Positions 39,530 to 45,683 of a DNA stretch of 45,683 nt are shown here, in pieces. Source of the DNA: Myxococcota bacterium (GTDB lineage Bacteria; Myxococcota_C; UBA6777); the NCBI GenBank assembly GCA_023150835.1, contig JAKLKB010000056.1, forward strand, positions 1-45,683, in the 5' to 3' direction. The notes below the pieces were generated by a model, which was not told the origin of the DNA, did no database searches, and worked only from the letters and a program-made list of their open reading frames with translations. A program made the position numbers and the translations under genes. Position 1 is the stretch's first letter; each line of letters begins with the position of its first letter.

Positions 39530-41433
39530 CGGAAAACAGATTGCATCCCGAACTACCGCCCTTTTTGATGGCGCTCGGCGAAGTGCTGATGCCTTCGAGT
39601 GCTGGAATGCTCGGCTACAACGAAGCCAGTCTCGGTCGTTTCGAGGGATGGCTTGAGGCGCTCAAACCATCGACCGCCAAAGGACTGGTCTGGGCCATGC
39701 GCGCCATGCGCCGACGTATTGGAGGTCTTTGGCTACCACAAACCCACGCTGGATGGAAACAAGCGATCCACCGCTACCTCGAACGCCAAAACCACCACAA
39801 TCTGCTCGACCGACAAGCCTTTCGAGCGATCAGCCTCCCGCTCAAGGTCCGTCACTACGAAAGCAAAGAAGCCTATAGCTCGGCAGGATTGACCTATTCA
39901 GCAGCGCAGCCCTTCGCAGCGATCCACGAAAAACCTGACGGAACCATCACAGATATCGCAGAGCTTCGCGCCCTTGAAGAGATGGAACTTGACGCGATCA
40001 TCGTCGGTTCGGGGGCAGGAGGCGCGGTGATGGCGCATGCTTTGGCCTCGGCAGGATGGAGTGTGTTGGTCGTAGAAGAAGGCGCTTATTACCACCGCAA
40101 GACCTTTTTGGCGAGCAGCAGCGATATCTCTTTGCATCTCTATCAGAACCAAGGGATGGCCTTTGCGCTCGGCGATCCGCCGATCTACTTGCCGACAGGC
40201 CGCAGCGTCGGCGGAACCACCACCGTCAACAGCGGAACTTGTTATCGCCCACCTCACGGCATCCTCGAAGAATGGCAAGCGATGGGCCTAGAGCAGTGGG
40301 GCTCAGAGCAGCTTGCGCCGCACTTTGCCCAAGTCGAAGCGGCGCTAGGTGTCGCTCCTGCCCAAGCCGCCTATCTTGGCAAAGCAGGAAGTGTGATCGC
40401 CCAAGGCAGCGAGCGCATGGGCTACATCCATCGCCCGCTCTTGCGCAATGCCCCTGAATGTGACGGACAAGGCCGCTGCGCCTTTGGCTGTCCCACCGAA
40501 GCCAAACGCTCCACGAATACCTCTTACATCCCGATGGCCCTCAAAAAAGGCGCGTACATCGCCCCACAAACCCGCCTGACCGCGATCTTTGGCGAAGCCT
40601 CCGCCCAAAACACCCAGCGCATCCGCAAAGCCCAACTCCTGCATCTCCCGACCCAAACGACCGTCACCCTACCCTGCAAGCATCTGATCCTCGCAGCAGG
40701 AACCTTGCGCACACCGTATCTCCTCAAAGCTGCGGGCGTTCAAAATGCTTGGCTTGGACGCAATCTTTCGATCCATCCTGCCGTCTCGGTTCTTGCCGAG
40801 TTCGACCAACCCAGCTCTCTCCAAGCCATCCCCCAAGGCTACGCCGTAGAATCCTTCCACGAACAAGGTCTGCTTTTCGAGGGCGGAACCGTTCCATTGG
40901 AGATCCTCGCGGGAGCTTCTTCTTTGTGGGGTGATGCGCTTCAATCGCAGATGGCCGCTTATCCGCGCCTTGCGCACTTTGGATTCATGGTGCGAGACAA
41001 AGGCCGAGGCCGCTTACTTCCCTCCCTCAACGGCCAGCCGACGGTCCATTATCAACTTTCTCCGCAAGATGCCCGCAAGATCCACCGAGGCTTCGAGATC
41101 TTGGCCGGCATCTACCTCGCCGCAGGCGCAAAACAAGTCTGGCCCCAAATGCACGCAGGCCCATCCTTGCGCAGCTTTCGCGACCTTCGCGCCTTCGCAG
41201 CTTCCCCCCTGCCCGCATCACACATCGATATCTCCGCGTATCATCCCCTTGGGACGGCACGACTGGGTCGCACCCCTGACAAGGGCGTTGTGGACCCCCA
41301 AGGCCGCGTCTTTGGCTGGCAAGGTCTTTATGTCGCAGACGGCTCGATCCTCCCCTCTTCACCCGCCGTCAACCCACAGATCACCATCATGGCCGCCGCA
41401 TCACACATCGCCTCCATGATGTCACAAGCCTAG
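39526..41433 (+). CDS. GMC family oxidoreductase (long-chain alcohol oxidase/dehydrogenase-like)
   Basis: IVGSGAGG, GRSVGGTTTVNSG, CDGQGRCAFGCP, SAYHPLGT, VADGS, VNPQITI; ATGA overlap with the upstream gene. Confidence 0.9.
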   Translation: MTENRLHPELPPFLMALGEVLMPSSAGMLGYNEASLGRFEGWLEALKPSTAKGLVWAMRAMRRRIGGLWLPQTHAGWKQAIHRYLERQNHHNLLDRQAFRAISLPLKVRHYESKEAYSSAGLTYSAAQPFAAIHEKPDGTITDIAELRALEEMELDAIIVGSGAGGAVMAHALASAGWSVLVVEEGAYYHRKTFLASSSDISLHLYQNQGMAFALGDPPIYLPTGRSVGGTTTVNSGTCYRPPHGILEEWQAMGLEQWGSEQLAPHFAQVEAALGVAPAQAAYLGKAGSVIAQGSERMGYIHRPLLRNAPECDGQGRCAFGCPTEAKRSTNTSYIPMALKKGAYIAPQTRLTAIFGEASAQNTQRIRKAQLLHLPTQTTVTLPCKHLILAAGTLRTPYLLKAAGVQNAWLGRNLSIHPAVSVLAEFDQPSSLQAIPQGYAVESFHEQGLLFEGGTVPLEILAGASSLWGDALQSQMAAYPRLAHFGFMVRDKGRGRLLPSLNGQPTVHYQLSPQDARKIHRGFEILAGIYLAAGAKQVWPQMHAGPSLRSFRDLRAFAASPLPASHIDISAYHPLGTARLGRTPDKGVVDPQGRVFGWQGLYVADGSILPSSPAVNPQITIMAAASHIASMMSQA

Positions 41434-41442
41434 GAGAAAACC

Positions 41443-42138
41443 ATGTCACCTTACGATCAATCAGCCCGACCCACCTATCCCGAATGGTCCAACCAGATCG
41501 AACCCGAACTGCGCCGCTTCTGCAAAGAGCAAGTCTATGATCCGTGGTGCAAGATCCTTGAAGTCTCCAACCAGTCCCACCCACAAGGCACGATCCCCCC
41601 GATCTTCGGGCTTGGCCCCGCCATCCCTGCCCGCCTCTTGCCCTTGCTTCTCAATGGCCCCCTGATCCGCACCTTCCTTGGTAACGACCCCAACATGATC
41701 ACCGTCATCCTCAACCGCGCACACAACCACATCGTCTTTCTCGCCGCCGAACGCACCGAACATGGCCGATATGTCGAGATGATCCGTCTCGATACACTCC
41801 TCCCGACATCCACCCAACAAACCCTCTGTCGCCTCTTACAGACCGGCGAAGAAGCCGATGCTCTCGACTTGATCCGCCAAGCTCTCGACGAACACGACCT
41901 CTCACGCTTTCGCCCCGGACTTCTCAAGATCGCTGACCTCTACTTCTTTGAAGCCTTCCACCGCCTCAGCCTGCACAAGCAACCCTCCCTCGCCCATCTC
42001 AAAGCCTGCTTCGATGTCGCCCAAGACGTCCTCTCCCATCGCTTGCTTTACTTCTACCCCCACAACCTCCCCTTCGAGCGGCTACTCGGCTTTTTACGCA
42101 CGACGCTCCGTGTTCTACCCGTCCAGACGCCTCGTTAG
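41443..42138 (+). CDS. Hypothetical protein
   Basis: AGGAG RBS; directly follows the GMC gene; strand-typical codon usage. Confidence 0.7.
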   Translation: MSPYDQSARPTYPEWSNQIEPELRRFCKEQVYDPWCKILEVSNQSHPQGTIPPIFGLGPAIPARLLPLLLNGPLIRTFLGNDPNMITVILNRAHNHIVFLAAERTEHGRYVEMIRLDTLLPTSTQQTLCRLLQTGEEADALDLIRQALDEHDLSRFRPGLLKIADLYFFEAFHRLSLHKQPSLAHLKACFDVAQDVLSHRLLYFYPHNLPFERLLGFLRTTLRVLPVQTPR

Positions 42139-42207
42139 AGATTCGGCGTTGGATTTGTTTTTGCGGGGTTCCACTCATGCCTCGGTCGACGCAAATCGCT
42201 GGATTTG

Positions 42208-42321
42208 GTGGGGTTCCACCCCACGCCCCGCAAGGGACTGTCGCCCCTTGACCCCGTATTGGCGGAACAAACACAGGTTTTTCACACCAACAGCCCTGCC
42301 GCTTGGGATGGCACGAACACG
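42208..42321 (-). repeat. Dispersed double-hairpin repeat, copy F
   Basis: GTGGGGTTCCACCCCACGCCCCGCAAGGGACTGTCGCCCCTTGACCCCGTATTGGCGGAACAAACACAGGTTTTTCA, nearly identical to copy E over ~75 bp. Confidence 0.9.
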
Positions 42322-42372
42322 CCTTGGCAAAAAAATCAAACCAACGGATCGTTTGTATTTGAAACGGAGATC
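42301..42372 (-). terminator. Shared 3' end of module 1: hairpin plus T-tract, possible intrinsic terminator
   Basis: 72 bp differing from 43894-43964 by 4 substitutions and 1 indel; the minus strand has an imperfect hairpin followed by T7. Confidence 0.5.
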
Positions 42373-42878
42373 AACGGAAAGGCTTGTAGAAATTTTTCGA
42401 CCGCCTCTTTCGCCTCCTCGGGGGTATAATTCGATGGCTTTTGCGTTCTTTGGCCATGCGCGATCCAATTTCTGAATTTGTAGAGTTTTTTGGCCTCGCT
42501 GAGTATATGTTGATCTATTTCCTCTTTGAACAACTCTAACTTATCATCAAATCGCCATTTTTCCGCGTTATCTTGAATGTATTGATACAGCTTACGAGCA
42601 AATCCGCTCGGCGGAAGCATCGCCTTCTCGTAGGGACGAATGGTGTCTTCGATATACTGGCTCAATTTACTCTCGAAATAAGCAACGATATCCAGAACAG
42701 CAAGCAGCTCAATCGTTTCTCCCAGTTTCTTGAGTGCTTGCGTCGATTCCTTCTTTGTTCGGCTGAAAAAAACGGTTCCCGTCAACAAATCGCTCTCTTG
42801 GGCGATACACTCCCGAACGATGGCTTGACTGTCCCGAAAAACACGGTACTTATGCAGTATATCGTCCAGTTCGCTCAC
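42336..42878 (-). CDS. HEPN-like protein (RxxxxH), module 1
   Basis: Helical ~180 aa protein; YKFRNWIAHG; upstream conserved FE; GTGA overlap with its partner gene. Confidence 0.75.
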   Translation of the reverse strand: MSELDDILHKYRVFRDSQAIVRECIAQESDLLTGTVFFSRTKKESTQALKKLGETIELLAVLDIVAYFESKLSQYIEDTIRPYEKAMLPPSGFARKLYQYIQDNAEKWRFDDKLELFKEEIDQHILSEAKKLYKFRNWIAHGQRTQKPSNYTPEEAKEAVEKFLQAFPLISVSNTNDPLV

Positions 42879-43321
42879 GAAAGAAGCTCCTCAAACAAAG
42901 CCAAACAAGACTCCTGATCGAATACTTTTTGTTCCATCGTCCCAGCATCAAAAAGAGACCAACCTTGTATCTTGGACGAATCGTGGAGCAAACTCACCAC
43001 GCCTTTGTCAGAACGGATATCCACCCTGCCTCTAGCACCCAACACAAACCTGCCTCCGGGCCGAAACTCGATGTCTTTTTCACCAAAACGGATAACGATC
43101 CCGGGGGCTTGATAAGGACCTAGTTCGTCTTCCACTAGCTCGACTGTTTTATCCGTCACTTCCAACAAACCATCTTCCACCGCGTCTTTGAGCCATTCTT
43201 TGATCTTGCTATACAACAAACAGAGAGCGTCAACCCACTTGGCTTTCACATCCACCCATTTTTCTTTTTCTTCTTTCTCTCGACGCAAAAAAGATAAAAA
43301 TTTTTCCGTCGAAATGTTCAT
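42875..43321 (-). CDS. Uncharacterised partner protein, module 1
   Basis: W...L.S.I..WL, E..LGPYQ, EFRP, GRVD; AAGGAG 8 nt upstream of ATG 43321; paralog of 44472-44930. Confidence 0.8.
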   Translation of the reverse strand: MNISTEKFLSFLRREKEEKEKWVDVKAKWVDALCLLYSKIKEWLKDAVEDGLLEVTDKTVELVEDELGPYQAPGIVIRFGEKDIEFRPGGRFVLGARGRVDIRSDKGVVSLLHDSSKIQGWSLFDAGTMEQKVFDQESCLALFEELLS

Positions 43322-43483
43322 CGACATATCTCCTTGTTTTTATGGTGCTTCAAAAAAAACACTTGTCGTCCAACGCAAAGCAACCGCTCTTACGTCGCAA
43401 GGTCGATCAAACCACAGATGAACCAAACCATCAAAGCCCATCGTCTCGATCTCTTGTGAATTCGCCTTGGTTCGATCGATCAA

Positions 43484-43528
43484 CATTTGCTGTTTTTGGA
43501 AAGTACAACCTTGCAAACAGGCTGTCAA
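43484..43528 (-). promoter_or_regulatory. Sigma70-type promoter with inverted-repeat operator, module 1
   Basis: Minus strand TTGACA-17-TACTTT; CTGTTT...AAACAG inverted repeat; 39/45 identical to 44966-45010. Confidence 0.75.
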
Positions 43529-43583
43529 CGTCACGCTCGCCCCGCATTCATACGACACCCACCCCTTGCGTGATCGTAAAAAT

Positions 43584-43609
43584 GTAGGGGCAGCCCCCCG
43601 TGGCTGCCC
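43584..43609 (+). repeat. GTAG-type REP element
   Basis: GTAG-GGGCAGCC-CCCCGT-GGCTGCCC hairpin. Confidence 0.85.
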
Positions 43610-43764
43610 AAGGATCGGGCGTCTGTGTACGATCACACATCACTCGGAGATCGTATCACCCAAGAATAGACACACCACCAACCCTTCTTGAAGCGCTTCC
43701 CAACAACGGGTCCGTTCAAACCAACGCCATGAGAGAGGTATCAGGATGCAACACATTTCAGCCA

Positions 43765-43856
43765 GAGCAACCACACATGGTTGCCCCTACGTGTTGGAAA
43801 TCACACGGTGTTTTGTAGGGGCAGACAGGTGTGCCTGCCCTCGATCTGTTGCGTCG
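43765..43856. repeat. Pair of oppositely oriented GTAG REPs; partial copy of the 136-bp unit
   Basis: ...GGTTGCCCCTAC-GTGTTGGAAATCACACGGTGTTTT-GTAGGGGCAGACAGGTGTGCCTGCCC matches the 45.2-45.7 kb array. Confidence 0.9.
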
Positions 43857-43893
43857 ACAATATCATCAGACAATCTTTGCTTGAATTGGTTGA

Positions 43894-43964
43894 GCTTGGG
43901 ATGACACGAACACGCCTTGGCAAAAAATCAAACCAACGGGTCGTTTGGGTTTGAAACGGAGATC
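43894..43964 (-). terminator. Shared 3' end of module 2: hairpin plus T-tract, possible intrinsic terminator
   Basis: Minus strand TCAAACC-CA-AACG-ACC-CGTT-GGTTTGA-TTTTTT; near-identical to 42301-42372. Confidence 0.5.
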
Positions 43965-44479
43965 GCCCACTCTTTCGTAGCGGCACTCGCTCGAAATTCT
44001 TCAAGAAACCTACACAGCACATCTTCTGCTTGTTTTGGCAAGTAAGGCGTCGGCATGGCTTTCTTTTTCCCGTGAGCAATCCAATTCCGATACTTGTACA
44101 CATTCTTCACGTTGCCAACGAGATCGGAGTCCAAAGAACCCTTGAACAAATCGAGAAGATCTTCGATATTCCAGCGATCAAACTTAGTCAGCATATAGGT
44201 TTTCAAATTCATCCGAAACTGGTTTTGTTCATCAGGCCAACATCGAATAGATGCCTCGATAACACCGAACATCTCTTTCTCAAATCTCGATACAAGCCCA
44301 ACGATCATCAGTTCTTCCAGAGTTTTCATCGTTTCTCTCAGAAGCTCTTGCAAGTCCGCCTTGGTTTGACCTGCCAAGAAATCAGGGATATCTGTCTCCT
44401 TGACCACCCCGCTCACAAACAGCGCAAACCCTTTTTCGAGGATTTCTCGATGAATGTTCATGGACTTCAGATCACTCAT
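43928..44479 (-). CDS. HEPN-like protein (RxxxxH), module 2
   Basis: YKYRNWIAHG; paralog of 42336-42878; 8-nt overlap with the partner's stop. Confidence 0.75.
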   Translation of the reverse strand: MSDLKSMNIHREILEKGFALFVSGVVKETDIPDFLAGQTKADLQELLRETMKTLEELMIVGLVSRFEKEMFGVIEASIRCWPDEQNQFRMNLKTYMLTKFDRWNIEDLLDLFKGSLDSDLVGNVKNVYKYRNWIAHGKKKAMPTPYLPKQAEDVLCRFLEEFRASAATKEWAISVSNPNDPLV

Positions 44480-44930
44480 CCGCTTGAATTTCCTTTGCCA
44501 TCATACGCCAAAAAAAATCTTCGTTGAAATCGATCTTTTGCCCTTCTCCTTGATAAATAAACCAATTATCATCTCTTCGTAAGAGACTTGTGAGCTTACA
44601 GTTGCGACTTGACCAAACATCCACTCTCCCTTGCGCAAGAAAAACCATCCTCGCGTAAGGCCGAAACTCCACGTAGTCGGAAGACTCTAATCCACCATAG
44701 AAAACAACAAGTTTATCAATCTGATAAGGCCCCAGATCTTCTTCGTCTATGCTGATCGGCGAACGCGAGACCCGAACAAGCTCCTCCTTTTTTGCAGTTT
44801 CCAACCAGCTTTCGATCAGAGAGAATAAATTATCGATTTTTTCTTTCCACTCCGCAATTAAATCTTCTCGGCTGATTGTTTTGGCTTGTTTATTTCTCAG
44901 GGCTTCGAGTACATTTTCTTTCGTCGTCAT
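44472..44930 (-). CDS. Uncharacterised partner protein, module 2
   Basis: W...I..LFS.I.SWL, EEDLGPYQ, EFRP, GRVD; AAGGA upstream of ATG 44930. Confidence 0.8.
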   Translation of the reverse strand: MTTKENVLEALRNKQAKTISREDLIAEWKEKIDNLFSLIESWLETAKKEELVRVSRSPISIDEEDLGPYQIDKLVVFYGGLESSDYVEFRPYARMVFLAQGRVDVWSSRNCKLTSLLRRDDNWFIYQGEGQKIDFNEDFFWRMMAKEIQADE

Positions 44931-44965
44931 CGACGTGCAATCCTTATTATCTGCGCAAAGCAAAC

Positions 44966-45010
44966 CATTTGCTGTTTTTCGAGAGTACAAGCACCCAAAC
45001 AGGCTGTCAA
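44966..45010 (-). promoter_or_regulatory. Sigma70-type promoter with inverted-repeat operator, module 2
   Basis: Minus strand TTGACA-17-TACTCT; CTGTTT...AAACAG inverted repeat. Confidence 0.75.
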
Positions 45011-45210
45011 ATTCAGGGCAGCGGCGTTGAAAGGCTTCTTGAAAGCGTTGGTGCGTACGAAGATGCTTTTCGGGTTCACAACCGTCGCCATAGGAATTTT
45101 GGGCGGGCTGACAAATTCGAGGACTTCAGGGGCATCGCTCCCATAGTGATAAGAGAGTCCCGCCAAAGCAGTTTTGAAGGCGAGTTAAGAGGCATCCATC
45201 TCACGAAGCA

Positions 45211-45683
45211 GGGTTGCCCCTATATGTTGGAAATCACACGGTGTTTCGTAGGGGCAGGCCCCCGTGCCTGCCCTCGCTCTGTTGCGTCGGTGACCTCTTC
45301 ATTGCCATCTGTGTTGAACGATCCCCAACAACAGGGCAACCACAGGGGGTTGCCCCTACGTCTTGGAAATCACACGGTGTTTTATAGGGGCAGACAGGTG
45401 TGCCTGCCCTCGCTCTGTTGCGTTGGTGACCTCTTCATTGCCATCTGTGTTGAACGATCCCCAACAACAGGGCAACCACACATGGTTGCCCCTACGTCTT
45501 GGAAATCACACGGTGTTTTATAGGGGCAGACAGGTGTGCCTGCCCGATCTCTGTTGCGTTGGTGACCTCTTCATTGCCATCTGTGTTGAACGATCCCCAA
45601 CAACAGGGCAACCACAGGGGGTTGCCCCTACGTCTTGGAAATCACACGGTGTTTTATAGGGGCAGACAGGTGTGCCTGCCCTC
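45211..45683. repeat. 136-bp tandem array of paired inverted REPs (BIME/REPIN-like), ~3.5 units, running off the window
   Basis: AAATCACACGG at 45231, 45367, 45503 and 45639; each unit has a forward (G/A)TAGGGGCAG..CTGCCC and a reverse GGGCAACC..GGTTGCCCCTAC. Confidence 0.93.

Noticed and set aside
42301-43964. Integron attC sites at the module ends
   Set aside because: The hairpin is only ~27 bp, no convincing RYYYAAC/GTTRRRY boxes were seen, there is no integrase in the window, and the modules have their own promoters
45211-45683. CRISPR array, or coding ORFs 44876..45523 and 45363..45659
   Set aside because: The intervening segments are near-identical between units and the structure is paired GTAG REPs; the ORFs are translations of the repeat

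Overview
A 45.7 kb bacterial chromosomal window. The Cys-rich lipoproteins and HEAT-repeat proteins suggest a Myxococcota-like host (inference). The + strand is strongly C/A-rich. Conventional genes: rsgA, Ppx/GppA, a MoxR-VWA pair, a hybrid histidine kinase plus a REC-GGDEF-EAL protein, two HEAT-repeat proteins, a Tat-exported xanthine-dehydrogenase-family (PaoABC-like) operon, CoA-disulfide reductase-rhodanese, GlpD plus an alkyl-DHAP-synthase-like gene, S1C protease plus LuxR, a DUF1778-GNAT toxin-antitoxin pair, an OYE-SDR fusion, a sulfite-oxidase-family/pentapeptide fusion, and a GMC oxidoreductase operon. The best candidate for a new system is at 42.3-45.0 kb: two tandem, divergent paralogous two-gene modules, each an unknown ~150 aa protein translationally coupled to an RxxxxH (HEPN-like) protein. 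The proteins have diverged, but the two promoters (with a palindromic operator) and the two 3' ends are near-identical, and the modules are interleaved with GTAG-type REP elements. Also notable: a secreted, highly cationic 8-Cys peptide, and a dispersed double-hairpin repeat family with compensatory changes. All calls are by eye from motifs; no searches were run.
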